A stretch of DNA of 60,000 bases from Lama guanicoe (lineage: Eukaryota). Shown here one piece after another: positions 24,791 to 38,454 of this stretch; position 1 is the stretch's first letter, and each line of letters starts with the position of its first letter. The notes beneath the pieces are model-generated. The model saw nothing but the letters and a program-made list of their open reading frames with translations. It was not told the origin of the DNA and made no database searches. The position numbers were made by a program, and so were the translations under genes. The DNA lies in contig MU053881.1 of NCBI GenBank assembly GCA_013239625.1, positions 16,484,373-16,544,372 of the forward strand, read 5' to 3'.

Positions 24791-25617
24791 AATACATTAA
24801 ATATCTCCTGACACTAGGGGTCATTGATTAACGTCTGTGCTGGAATGGGAAGGGACCACACTGGGCTCCAGGAACTAGGCATAACTGAAGTGTGTGGATT
24901 CAACACCCGTTAAGAATGAAGAGGATTCTGGGAAGATGGAGGAGTAAGGAGCACCAGGGATCTGTCTCCCCATCTAGACAACGGTTGCACTGGCAGAATC
25001 TGTCTGATGTACCTATTTTGGAACTCTGGAGTCTGTGGAAGTGTTGCAGCTTCCAGCAGAAGATTAGGAAGGTTAATTTTGGGTGAATTTATTGTGCTCT
25101 TATCACAGTAGTGCCTACCCATTCCCCCACCTGCAGCCACATGGCAGACAGCTGTGCACCATGTTCCTAGAGCAGCTTTTTCAGGAGCCAGGGTGGACAA
25201 AAAGGACCCTGTCCTCCCAATATTGGGGATCGAGCTCTGATGGCTGATTGCTGATTCTGATCACAGAGATGCAGACAAAGAGATGGGCGGCCATTGTTGT
25301 TACACCTCCCCCATTATTGCCAGGGTCTCCCACTCTAGCTGAAATGACTTCAGGTGGAAAATAGAATATGAAATGGAGTAAATGTAAATGTAAATGGGGT
25401 AGACTCTCCAGTCAAAAGGCAGAGATTGGCAGAAAGAATAACAACATAGGATCCAACTATGTGCTGTCTACAGGAGACTCATTTGAGATCCAAAGACACA
25501 AGCAGGTTGAAAGTGAAAGGATGAGAAAAGAAATTGCCTGCAAATAGTAACCAAAAGAAAGCAGAGGTGGCTGTACTAAAATCAGACAAAATAGACTTTG
25601 AATCAAAAAAAGATTAT

Positions 25618-25765
25618 GGGGGAAGGGTATAGCTCAAGTGGTAGAGCATATGCTTAGCATGCAGGAGGTCCTGGGTTCAATCACCAGTAACTCCATTAAA
25701 AACAGAAAATTAAGTAAATAAACCTAGTTACCTCCTCTGCCAAAAAAAAAACAAACCTAAAGACA
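25618..25765 (+). mobile_element. Vic-1-like SINE inserted in L1
   Basis: ggggaagggtatagctcaagtggtagagcatatgcttagcatgcaggaggtcctgggttcaatc + A-rich tail. Confidence 0.85.
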
Positions 25766-28700
25766 AGAAAAGGTTATAAATACAAGAAGGACATTATATA
25801 TTAATAAAAGATTCAATACAACAAGAGATGAAAAATTATAAACATTTACATCCCTGATGACCATCAAAATATATGAAGCAAAAACTGACAGAATTGAAGG
25901 GAGAAATAAATAGGTCTATACTAGTAACTGGAGATTTCAGTAACCCATTCACCATAATGGGTGGGACAGTCAGAAGACAAGGAAATAGAAGACTTTAATA
26001 ATTCAATAAACCAACTAGACCCAATAGACTTTCATAAACACTACCCAGCAACAATAGAATACACATTCTTCTCAAGTGCACATGGGACCTTTCCAGGATA
26101 GACCACATACGAGGCAACAAACTAAGTCTTGATAGATTTCAAAAGAGAGACATACAAAGTATCTGACTGCAGTGGGAGGAAGTTGGGAATCACTAGCAAA
26201 AGGGAAACTGGAAAATTAAAAAAATTGTGGAAAATAAACAACCGTTTTAAACAATCTGTGGATCAAAGAAGAAGTCACAAGGGAAATTAGAAAATCCTTA
26301 GAGATGAATGAAAATGAAAACACAACGTACCAGAACGTATAGGATGTGGCGAAAGTGGTGCTATGGGGGAAATATATAGCTATAAATATTTATATTAAAA
26401 AATAGGATCTCAGGTCAAAACCTAGCTTAACCACTTGAGGAACTAGAAGAAGAACAAACTAAACCCAAGGCTAGCAGAACAAAATAATAAAGATTAGGGC
26501 AGAAATAAATGAAATATAGGGAAACAATAGAGAAAAATCAATGAAATCAAAAGTTACTTATCTGAAAAGATCAATAAAATTGACAAACCTTTAATTAGAT
26601 GAATTAAGGGAAAAAATACTATTAGAAGTAATTAATTCAGTAAAGTTCCAGGACATGGAATTAGTATACAGAAATCTGTCTTGTTTCTATATTCTACAGA
26701 CTATCAGAGAAATTTTTTTAAAATTCCGTTTACAATTACATCAGAAAGAATAAAACACCTAGGAATAAATCTAAGGAGGTAGATCTCTGCTCAGAAAACT
26801 ATAAGACACTGAAGAAAGAAGTGGAAAATGACCCAAACAAATGGAAAGGTATATTGTCCTCGTGGATTGGAAGCATTAATATTGTTAAAATGACCGTATT
26901 CCCCAAGGCTCTCTACAGATTCAAGGCAATCTCTATCAAAATACCAATGGCATTTTTCACAAACTAGAACAAATAATTTTCAAATTTTTAGGGAAACACA
27001 AAAGATCCCTAATAGCCAAAACAATCGAGAAAGAATAACAAAGCTGGAGATATTACACTCCCTGGTTTCAAACTATACTATAAGGCTATAGGAATCACCG
27101 TGGTATGGCAAAAACACACACACATAGATCAATGGGACAGAGTAAAGAGTCCAGAAATAAACTCATGCATATATGGTAAATTAATCCACAACAATAACAA
27201 CAAAGGCAGACATATATGATGGGGAAAAGACAGCCACCCCTTTAATAAATAGTGTTGGGGAAACTGGACTACTTTCTCATACTATATTTAAAAAATGAAT
27301 TAAAGACTTAAATTACAACCTGAAATCATGAAACTCCTTGAAGACAACATAGGCAGTATGCTCTTTGACATCTGCGTAAGCAGTATTTTTTTGCATCTGT
27401 CTCCTCAGGCAAGGGAAACAAGCAAAAGTAAACAAATGGGACCACGTCAAGCTAGGAAGCCTTTGCACAGTGAAGGAAACCATGAACAAAATGAAAAGGC
27501 AGCCTGCTGAGTAGGAGAAGAGATTTGCAAGTGAGGGATTTGATAAAGAGTTAATATTCAAAATAAACAAAGAATTCATACAACTTGACATCAGAAAAAA
27601 AAACAAACAGCCCAGTAAAAAATGAGCAGATGACCTGAATTGACATTTTTGCAAAGAAGACATACAGATGGCCCAAGGACAAATGTAAAGATGTTCAACA
27701 TCACTAATCATCAGAAATGCAAATCGAAACCACAATGAGGTATCACCTCACACCTGTCAGAATGGCTGTTATCAAAGTCCACAAATAACAAGTGTTAGTG
27801 AGGGTGTCAAGAAAAGGGAACCCCCATGCACCATTGGTAGGAATTTAAATTGGTGCAACCACTGTGGAAAACAGTGTGGAAGTTCATAAAAAAATTAAAA
27901 GTAAGCCTAACATATGATCCAACAATTGCACACTGGGTATTTTCCCAAAGAAAACAAACAAAACCCCCCCCAACCAATTAGAAAAGATATATGTACCTCT
28001 GTGTCTATTGCAGCATTATTTACAATAGCCAAGACATGGAAGCAACCTAAGTGCCCATCAATAGACGAGTGAGTAAAGATGTGGTGTACATACACAATGC
28101 ACTATTACTCAGTCATCAAAAAGAATGAAATCTTGCTATTTGCAACAACAGGGATGGACCTAGAGATATTATGCTAAGTGAAATAAACCAAACAGAAAAA
28201 GACAAAGATTATAAGAGTTCACTTATATGTGGAATCTAAAAAACAAAACAAATGAACAAATATAACAAAACAGAAAGAGAATCATAGATGCAGAGAACAG
28301 GAGCTTGCCAGAGGGGAGAAGGGTGAAGGGATGAGTGAAATAGGTGAGGGAGATTAAAAGGTACGAATTTCCAGTTGCAAAATAAGTGAGCCACAGGAGT
28401 TAAACATACAGCATGGGGGGTACAGTCAATAATTTATCTGTATGGTAACAGAGTAACTAGACATCATGGTGACTATTTTCTGATGTGTAAAATTATTGAT
28501 TCATTAGGCTGTGCACTGAGAACTAACAATGTTGTAGGTCAATTACAATTCAACAACAAACAAGCTCGTAGAAAAGTATGTCAGATTTGTGGTTACCAGA
28601 GGTGGGGGTTGGGAAGGGGGAATTGGATAAAGGTGGTCAAAAGGAACAAACTTCCAGTTATAAGACAAATAAGCACTAGGGATGTAATGTGTAGTGTAAT

Positions 28701-28930
28701 TAATATACATAACGCTGCTGTGTGTTATACATGAAAGTTGCTGGTAGAGTAAATCCTAAGAGTTCTCACCACAAGGGAAAAATGTTTTTCTTTTATTTTG
28801 TATCTATATGTGATCATGGATAGTCACTAAAATTATTGTGATAATCATTCCATGATATATATATATACAGGTCAAATCACTATGTTGTACACTTTACAGT
28901 TCTATGTGTCAATTGTATCTCAGTAAAACT

Positions 28931-28934
28931 GGAA

Positions 28935-28982
<48 letters not shown>

Positions 28983-29011
28983 GAAGAAAGAAAGAAAGAA
29001 AGAAAGAAAAA

Positions 29012-29047
<36 letters not shown>

Positions 29048-29320
29048 AAAGAAAGGAAGGAAGGAAGGAAGGAAGGAAAAGAAAAGAAAGGAAGAAAGGA
29101 AGGAAGGAAGGAAGGAAGGAAAAGAAAAGAAAGAAAAGAAAAGAAAAGAAAAGAAAAGAAAAGAAGGAAGAGAGGAAGGAAGAGAGGAAGGAAGAGAGGA
29201 AGGAAGAGAGGAAGGAAGGAAGAGAGGAAGAAAGGAAGGAAGGAAGAGAGGAAGAAAGGAAGAAAGGAAGAAAGAGTGAGTGAGGAAGGAAGGAAGGAAG
29301 AAAGAAAAAGAAAGAAAGGG
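28931..29320 (+). repeat. Compound polypurine microsatellite: (GAAA)n, (GGAA)n, (GAAAA)n and a 12-mer GGAAGAGAGGAA
   Basis: 390 bp with only two pyrimidines (29277, 29281). Confidence 0.97.
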
Positions 29321-32300
29321 CTCTGAATCTGATAGTTTTATTGGTGAATTCTACCAAACATTGAAAGAATATCAATCCTCTCAAACTTTTTTAAAAAATT
29401 AAAGAGGGAACACTTTCTAAGTCATCTTATGATGCCAGCATTACCCTAATACCAAAACCAGACAAAGACATTATAAGAAAACACTGATGCAAATCCTTAA
29501 GAAAATGCTACTAAACAGAATTCAGCAGCATACTAAAAGGATTATGCACCATGACCAAGTGGTATTTATTCCTGGATGCAAGTATTGTTTGACATATGAA
29601 AATTAATGTAATAGGCCACAGCAACAGAATGAGGGGGAAAAAATGATCACGATGCAAAAAAGAAAAAAAAAGCATTTGACAAAATTCAACACCTTTTCAT
29701 GATAAAAACACTCAACAAACTAAGGATAAAAGGAAAGTACCTCAACATAATAAAAGCCATATATGAAAAGCCCGCAGCAAACATGCTCAGTTGAAAAAGA
29801 CTGAAAGTGTTTCTTCTAAGTTCAGGAACAAGGCAAGGACGCCTACTTTCCTCACTTCTATCCAACATAGTACTGGGAGTTCTAGCCAGAGCAATTAGGC
29901 AAGAAAAATAAAATAAATTGAAAAGAAGTAAAATTATCTGTTTGCAGATAATATAATATGTAGAAAATTCTAAAGATTTCACATGCGCGCGCGCACACAC
30001 ACACACACACAGACCCTACTAGAACTAACAAGTGAATTCAGCGAAGTAGCAAGATACAAAGTCGGTATGTTAAAAAACAGTTGCATTCTATACACAAGCA
30101 ATTAATAATCTGAAAAGGAAATTACAAAAACAATGTCATTGTTACACTGGCATGCAAAAGAGTAAAATACATAGGAGTCACCTTAACCAAGGAAGTGGCT
30201 GTATAATGAAAACTATAAACTATTCTTGAAAGATATTAAGACATAAATAAATGGACAGTAGATTACTTGTTAGATTGAGATCTAATCCTGCTCCACCGTT
30301 TTGGAGAGCGATGCAGCTTCTCCAAGGATGCAGCATTAGATAGATCTGAAGTTTCCACGGACTGAGTTGTCCCTGATTCCCTGCCCGGAATCCTCTCTTC
30401 TCTGCCACACCTCACATTTACTCTTGAATTTAAAATGCTGGAATGGAAAAGGTCTTTACGTAGATTTAAAAAGAAATTTAAGTATCGCAGTTCTGGTTAT
30501 TGTTATTATTCTCTTAAAACAAGAGGGCAAAAAATTTACAAAAAAAATTTACAAAAAAAAAGAGGGCATAGATATCTGGCAAAAAAAATATTACCTGTTG
30601 AATTAGAGATGATTTCACAAATATTTGATATAGTTAGATCTGGTAATCAAAATAACCACAATTATCCACCAAAATACTACTTTTAAATAGACATAGAATG
30701 TCTGCTACATTTGAGTTGTGAAGCAGCATATTTTGGAGTTAAAATATATATATATACTAAAGTAAATGTTCTGTATTATTTTGCTTTTAACTCAAAGTCA
30801 GTTACATTTTACTCAAACCCACTGTGTCACTGTTAGAACACTCCCTGTGATATCTCAGCTCTTGCCTTTGGTATGAGAGCATCTTGTGGTGTTAAAGAGG
30901 AAGAGAGAAATATGTTTTGTTGGGCCCTTGCCAGGAGCCATGTAATCTTACACATGTAATCTTAAATTATGGATCAAACCCTAGGAAGTGGGTAACATAG
31001 CCCCTTCTGTGCAAATAAGGAAACTGAGTCTCAGAAAGATTAAACTACTTGCCCCAGATCAGGTCAGCCCGACTTCAGAGTCTGTCTGCTTACCCCATTC
31101 CTCTCCAAAATCCACTACCACATAAATATTTTATGAGTGCTGTTAAGGGAATATGTCCAGATTTTTCTGGTCAGGTCTGGGCATGTTCTGAAGCTTAATT
31201 TAATATTAAAAGTATGTAGATGTTAAGGAACAGAGAGAAAAGTTCTGATCAATTTTGAAGGAAAAATAATTTCATATTTCAATCCTGAGGTGACAGGCTT
31301 TCATACAAATGGTTTGCATAGCTTTTGTTTTAAAAAAAAATTGAACTGGAATGTTTTCCAGCAATAACAACAACAACAAAAAAGAAATTGCATAAACACA
31401 TGTCCTCTGGGAACTCAGCTAGAGACAGTTGCGATGTTCTTTGTCGGCCCCTCAGGATGCTGTTTCCAAGTTCAATGTCACATCTACGCTGGCAAAGTGA
31501 GAATATTCTATAAGTAATTACATGCAGCCTGGATTTCTCTTATTTAATCTGGAGGTTCACCATTGCAAGCTCTAGAAGAGATCACAGTCATCTGCTTGTC
31601 TTTATACAGGGTTTGCTCAGAGAATCCCCAGGGAGGGGTGCAGCCCCGGGTCAGTGACTATGATGGAATTCAGAGACAGAAAGACATGCAGATGCTTTAG
31701 TACATTCCTACGGCTTAGGCAGTGAAGCCACAGCAGGGTAATTCCAGACATCCTCAGAAGGTTTGACAGATTTGACAATTTCCTCCCTGTAAACCTTGCT
31801 TGGAATATTTAGAACTTCTTAGTCTCCTATCAGAGAATAGAGTGTCCTATGGCATTCCATTTCTTTCGTGACTGAAACTTAAACTCATGCCAATTTAAAA
31901 ATCATTATCTTTAAATAGAACTCTTCATAGATTTCACAGTTCAACAGAACCTATGTACTGATCGTAACCTCTCTTCTGCTTACAGTTTGGGGTTACCGCT
32001 AAGAATATATATATATATTATATATATATATATGTATACGTGTGCGCACGCGCGTACGCATTGTCTTGGAGCATAACAGTAGTAACAAACATTAAGCATT
32101 GCCATACTAAAAGCTGTACATACATTAGCCCATTTAATTGGTAAAGTAGCTTTGTGAGGTCAAGATCAACACCCCCATTTTATAGACCAGGACACTGAGG
32201 CCTGGGGAGGCTAGTATGTTAGTTGCAAATATAACTCAACAGTGAAGGAGAGCTGAGACCGGGGCCAGTCAGTCCAGCTCTGAAGCCCTCCTGTGGGCAC

Positions 32301-32537
32301 AGGAGCCCTGGTCAGAGCTTCAGAGTGAGGACCCAAGGCTCACACAGCACATTGGGGGCACTTACTAGGTTGTTGTTAGACCTTCCTTTCCTCATTCACT
32401 TGCTGGTTTATACTTGAGTCCAAAGTGGCTGTGGTGACCGTGACCTGAACCGAGAAGAGTGTCACCATCCATTTAAATATCTCCACGTGAACATCTGATT
32501 ACTCCCAGACATGTAAGCTTCCGGTGCCTCGTCTCTT

Positions 32538-32773
32538 TTTTTTTTTAACACTTTTTATTGATTTATAATCATTTTACAATGTTGTGTCAAGTTCCAGTGT
32601 TCAGCACAATTTTTCAGTCATACATGGACATATACACACTCATTGTCACATTTCTTTCTCTGTTAGTTACTACAACGTTTTGTGTAAATTTCCCTGTGCT
32701 ATACAGTATAATCTTGTTTATCTATTCTACAATTTTGAAATCCCAGTCTATCCCTTCCCACCCTCCGCCCCCC
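32538..32773 (-). mobile_element. Young 5'-truncated L1 3' end
   Basis: Poly-T, L1 3'UTR-like body, perfect 13-bp TSD TGCCTCGTCTCTT at 32525 and 32774. Confidence 0.8.
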
Positions 32774-32867
32774 TGCCTCGTCTCTTATTTCAGGAGAATG
32801 GTTGGGGATATCCTGTGGTGATGTGTTTTGGAAGGAAATTGAGAGCAGTTACTTTTTTTTTTTGTAG

Positions 32868-32962
32868 GACCTGATATTTGTGGATTTGATATTAAGAAAG
32901 TTCATGTTATTTTACATTTCAAGAATCAGTATCACTCAAACAAGAAATCAATCAAGTGTAAG
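32868..32962 (+). CDS. CALR3: CALR3 exon 4
   Basis: gtag|GA CCT GAT...TGT AAG|gtaaat; GPDICGFDIKKVHVILHFKNQYHSNKKSIKCK. Confidence 0.96.
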
Positions 32963-35755
32963 GTAAATGCTTTCATATTCAAATCAGTGATTATGTCAAC
33001 GCTTGACAGATGATAACGTAAGTTTATAGAAAATAGTTTTGAACTTAAAATATTTAAGCGAACCACGGATGGGCCTTGTCTGTCCTGTCCCTGGTTTCCG
33101 GTTTAGTGGGCCCATTAAACACGCTCGCCCACCGCTTTGATTGGATGGTTTCTGAAGTTTTTGCACACCAGGAGGGCACATTTACTTCTCACTGTGAACT
33201 ACAACATCAATGTATAATTTGCCCATAAGGGTTACAACAGGATAGTCACGTTTCAGCTATACCCATGGTGGAGGAATGAAATCTTCAGGATGGAAAAAGA
33301 AAAACATTCTGGAGAAATTCATCCTCAAAAGTACCAAAATATTTAAAAATGAGATGATTTCTAAAAAGAAAGAATACACTCTATACCGTTTTACCCAGGA
33401 GTCCTGTGAAAATGACACTTAAGGTCTTAGAGCTTGCTTTATAACTCAGTGGCCCCACCCCGGGCTTCTCCAAAGAGGCAGCTTGCATTAAGTCCATGGT
33501 GCGTGGACCTGCGGAGGGGAAGTATACTCCCCAATGTGTCCTCCTCCCCACTTTAAATGTAAGCACCGAGAAGCAGGGACCTGTCCCCTGGGGCATCCCC
33601 AGCACCCATAGCCTGTGAATCTGGGCAGGATGCCCTTGTGTGTTTCAAAATCATTGACAGAATGGAGGGGAGGCATCCATAATGGTCCCTCATTCAGTCC
33701 CTACCTGAGCAGAGGACACTTGGCCTCACAAAGCCCTGGTGAGTATTGACACGTGGTTTCTCTCGGGGTCCCACTTCCTGGCTTGGTGTTTCTAAAGAAT
33801 CAGTGGGTCCCCACCCTGTACCTGGAGGCCTGACACCCCTCCCTTGGGGGTGAGGGGGAGCTCGAAATCCAAGTCTTCCTCACCCACCTTAGTGTTGGAC
33901 TAGAGGGTGATTCCCAAGACTTTGTTTTCAGTGGCAGAGCAGGTGTGTGGGAGAGAAGGAGTGACCTCAGAGGCTGTAAGGTTTGACCGAGATTGTGCCT
34001 GGGAGGCCAGAGCTTTGTCACCTGGGGTCAGCAGTCTACAGGGCCCTGAGCAGCACAGCAGGCTGGTGACGCCCTCAGTTGGGTACTATTTCTGCAGCCT
34101 GTTAGAAAAATGAGACAAGTCCGTTGAAGGTGCACTGGAGCACTGGGTCACAGCGGCTAGTCAGCATTATGGCCTCCTCAGTGAGGAGCACCGTTATTTT
34201 CGGAGCTCTGATTCACTCTGTGATGCTGTAAAAGAAATGCAGCAGTCAGCCCTCAAGGGTTTTCAAGGAGGCAGTCTGGTTAGCATGTGAGAAAAATGCC
34301 TCAGCTGTTTGAGGGGAGGGACAGAGTGAACAACAGGCAGGGAGGTGGGTGAGATGGTCAGGTCAAGTCTTCAGCGGGATACAGATCACGGGAGCATTTT
34401 AACAGATGACTCAGATGCAGGATCCAGAGGTTTGGAATGAGGGTACCAAGGGTGTGGGTGATGGCTCTTAGCAGCATTGCTGTTAAACAGGAAGAGAAAC
34501 AGGAAGGGCCAATAAAGGGGCCACGGCATACTCCGGGGTCGTGTTTGGAAAGGTTGGTTGTGAAATCCTGGCAGACATCAAGGTAGAGGTGTCTAGTAAA
34601 TTGTTGGAAACTCAAGTCTGAAGCTCAGGCTAATGGCTGGGGTTAAAGCTGTTGGTTTGGAGCTGTTTGTATATGTTGGGATGTGGATGTTCCTCAGAAA
34701 GCTCTGTGCTTGTGGCCAAATCTCAGAGGGTGCTGGGCATGGGGCCGGCAAGCCCAAAGTCTAATTTAAGACAGGCAGGTGGAGAGTACGGGGAGAGATT
34801 TTGGAGAATTGTGAACTCAGCTGTCACGGGGGGTTGTGGGGGACACAGCCGACTGTAGTGCTGATCCCAGACAGAGTCTTTGGCCATGGTGCGGCAGAGG
34901 GGTATGAAAAAGCGTTTTGATTTGGATCTTAGCAGGGAAATTCCTCGTAACAGAGCGTCTAAGATGCTGGGGCAGTGGTTCCCAAACCTGAGCAGCATCA
35001 GACACCCTGGAGGGCCTGTGGAAGTCCACCGGGTTCTGTTGCAGCAGGTCAGGGCTGAGCCAGGAATGGGCATTGCCCATGTGCCCCCTGTGATGCTGGT
35101 GCCTCTCGGTCATGCTTTGAGAACTGCACTGGGGTATGGTGCAAGGGTCCCCTCCACGGCTGACAGGCAGCCACGTCCTGGGCACCCCCAGCCTCCCCAG
35201 GCACCCCCCCACCTTCCATCCCTCCCTTATTGAATGTTTGTTAAATGCTTCCCTTGGCTCCAGCCTGGGGCTTTAACTATGGCCAAGAGAGGCACTGGGC
35301 CTGCCCTGCCTGAGCTTACATTGTTGGGCAGAGCATTAGAAAATTCTCCCCTGTACTGAGAAATAGAATGGGCTTCATTTGGTAGCTTTTAGGATCCAGA
35401 ACTGGAAGTTGTTTTCCACATAACTTTTCCTAAATCAAACAGCACAGTGGTCTCTTGGTTTATACCAACCACCCCATCATGGCTGCCTGTGAGATTATAG
35501 GTGGAAGCCATTGTCTTTGCACAAAAGGAGATCAGCCACTCAAGAGGAGGCAGTAGTGAGGAAGGATTCTGCAAAGGGTCATGTGAGTCTTCCATACGAC
35601 ACCCTTTCACGGTCAAGGCGACTGCTATTCCTCAAACGTCTCTTTTTGCTGTTTACCACCAGGCTTTGGCCCATGACAACTGACACTGCACATCTAGACT
35701 GCCTCGAGATATCAAGGGTCTCATTCTTTTCCTCGTCTCCCCCCAAAACATGCAG

Positions 35756-35944
35756 GTTGATGCCTTTACACATCTCTATACTCTGGTGTTAAGACCAGAC
35801 CTCACTTACGAAGTGAAAATTGACGGCCAATCAATTGAATCCGGCAGCATAGAATATGACTGGCACCTAGCATCACTGAAGACGGCGGAGAAGGCTTCGG
35901 CAGAGGCTAAGGAGTGGAATGAGGCTACGGATGACAAAGCCCAG
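35756..35944 (+). CDS. CALR3: CALR3 exon 5
   Basis: gcag|GTT GAT...GCC CAG|gtgggg; VDAFTHLYTLVLRPDLTYEVKIDGQSIESGSIEYDW... Confidence 0.94.
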
Positions 35945-36275
35945 GTGGGGATGTCCCCTGCATAGCATTAGCAAGTGTACACACTTAGCTTTTAAGTACC
36001 CAGGTACCCTACAAGTGTGGCATGGCTGGTTTTGACAATGTTGTAGCCATCAAAATGCCCTCCCCAGAGCATATGCGCTGAAACCAACCACCTAGCTGCA
36101 CGCTCCAAGGTACTGTGATTTTTTTCAAGGTATTTTGAATTTTAAAGTGTTTGAGATGAAAGCAAGTGAGGTTTACTTAAAGGAAAATGTATCAGCAACC
36201 TTTACAAAAGTGATTTTTTTGGGTCATCCTGAATTTGAATGTGGTAGGTTTTTTTTTTCTTTCCTACCCCTCCGC

Positions 36276-36765
36276 TTTTTTTTAAATTGAAGTATAGTCA
36301 GTTACAATATGCTGTACACCAGGAACTGATACAACATTGTAAACTGACTATACTTCAATTTAAAAAAATTACATCACAATGTAAAGCATTTATCTTTTTA
36401 AAATTAAAACAATTTTAAATTGAAGTATAGTCGATTTGCAATGTTGTGTTAATTTCTGGTGTACAGCATAGTGATTCCGTTACATTCTTTTTCATTATAA
36501 GCTATTATAAGGTAATGAATATAGTTCCCTGTGCTAAACAGTAGGACCATATTGTCTATCTATTTTATGTATAGTAGTTAATATCAAATTCTGAACTCCC
36601 AATTTATCCCTCCACCCACCTCTCGCCTTTCCCCCCTGGTAACCACAAGTTTGTTTTCTGTATCTGTGAGTCTGTTTCTATTTTGTAAATAAGTTCATTT
36701 GTCTCATTTTTTTAGATTCCACATATAAGTGATATCATATGGTATTTTTCTTTCCCTTTCTGGCA
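36276..36765. mobile_element. Cluster of L1 3'-end fragments in alternating orientation
   Basis: Three copies of ttaaattgaagtatagtc...caat or its reverse complement; the longest (-) spans about 36413-36765. Confidence 0.75.
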
Positions 36766-38346
36766 GTAAGTCATTTATCTTAAGACAATTGTCTTTGCCG
36801 TAACTAAGAGTATGGTAACTGCTGTTTACAATTAATTTCTGGCAACTTAAAACTTAGTAGTGGCACTGCTGTCTAATAGTCAAACACTTCATCATTGACT
36901 GAATGTAATTATTAAATTAAAATGGCATCTTGTTTAGAATTATATTATTTGGCAATCCTTTTTATCATAGATAATCAAAAGTAAGCTTCTATGAATTTGG
37001 AATCCATGGCATCCAATCAATGAGAACATCTTCAGATTAGAGTAAAAAATCCTAATCATATAAGGCTTCCCCATCATTTCTCAAGGAAGAAAAAAAAAAA
37101 GCAAAGTTTTCCTCTCCCTCTCTTAACCTTCAAACCAAACTAAAAAAGCAGTTTTCATCTGGAAAGAGCACCGACTTTGAACAAGGCACAGAACTGCAAA
37201 GAAACTGACCCAGAATCCTCAGTAGGATATTAAGGTCTTGGGACTGAAATCCTGGCTGCCTCTGGGCTATGAGGACACCATCCCAGCAGTGAGGGTGTGC
37301 CTTAGTGCCGAGTGTACGTGAGGTGGGTCCCCAGAGGAGTCAAATCATCCTTCCAGAAAGCTCATTCCCAGACTGCCTGTGTTTTTTCTGCATGCTCAGT
37401 TCTGTGTGCTCTGCTAAACAATGTAGTTCCTTATGGTGTTATGATTTGATAGTCTACATTAGAAGGAGCTGGCTACTCAGATTGAATTATGATCATTTCC
37501 TAGATCCCAACACAAGGGTGGCTCATCTGTTGCCAGTGAGGTCAGGGCAAAAAGCAGTAGGAGAGGTAATTAACTCCCATGTGCCATTGTTAAGTTATAG
37601 AGGATGATGGAAAAGCCACAGTCTGAGTGCAACACTTTTAATATTTCTGTTATTCTAAAAGAGAAAACAGCATTGTACATGACTTTTATGCTTTTATGAG
37701 TTTATTTGAATATTATTAATCCATAGCAACTTTTTCTCATCCATTTATTCAACAAATATTTACTCAACACCTACTAAGTCATATACATACATAGATGTGT
37801 GTATATATGCATGTGTATAAATGTGTACATACGTATAGATGTGTGTATATATACGTGTATAGTGTGAGTGTATATATATGAACTCAGTAATATAACTGCT
37901 TTTCTCCTGCTACCCAGAAGTCCTCAGTTAAATTTTGGAACATTCCTTAGTCATCCAGCTTCTCTCTAGAACAGTCCATTTATGACCATGATGTAGAAGA
38001 CTTAACCTAACCAGCAGTAAATGTGGCCCCTCCTCCTATCATCACTTTTTGCCCCATCATTTTAACTTTGGCCACTCTTTTGAGTTTTCCACACTGCCAT
38101 TCCTCTCAATAGCATGGGAAGAGTGCCATAATCACATGGAGAGTTAGGGAGAAAAACCCGGCAGTGCATGCCCCTGAAGCCCCCGATGTGATTAGAAACC
38201 CCTGCACTCAGCCCTTGGACCATCAGACCGAGGAGGAGACGGGAACATGCAGCTAGGGTCACTGGCCTTCCCCTGCCTCTAGGGAGTTAAGAATTCCCTT
38301 TCTCAAATCTGAGAATCTAAATTTCACCCCCTACGTGTATTTTAAG

Positions 38347-38454
38347 GAGTGGGAAAAGCATTTTCTGGATGCCAGTGCCAGCAAGCCGAGCGACTGGAAC
38401 AGTGAACTGGATGGGGACTGGCAGGCGCCGATGCTGCAGAAGCCTCCTTACCAG
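38347..38454 (+). CDS. CALR3: CALR3 exon 6
   Basis: taag|GAG TGG...TAC CAG|gtgtgt; EWEKHFLDASASKPSDWNSELDGDWQAPMLQKPPYQ. Confidence 0.93.

Larger units (their letters stand above)
24910..30260 (+). mobile_element. Composite degenerate L1 region in CALR3 intron 3 (older L1 interrupted by a second L1 3' portion, about 26620-28930)
   Basis: L1 ORF2 endonuclease-like sequence from about 25370, ORF2 C-terminus and 3'UTR 26620-28930, RT-like sequence resuming about 29320; many stops and frameshifts. Confidence 0.85.

Noticed and set aside
25618..25700. tRNA-like sequences (also at 13086, 18413, 21850, 41990, 45074, 49680)
   Set aside because: They have A-rich tails, TSDs and degenerate stems, so are SINEs rather than tRNA genes
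28904..29384. K/E/R-rich and F/L/S-rich ORFs
   Set aside because: Translation of the purine microsatellite
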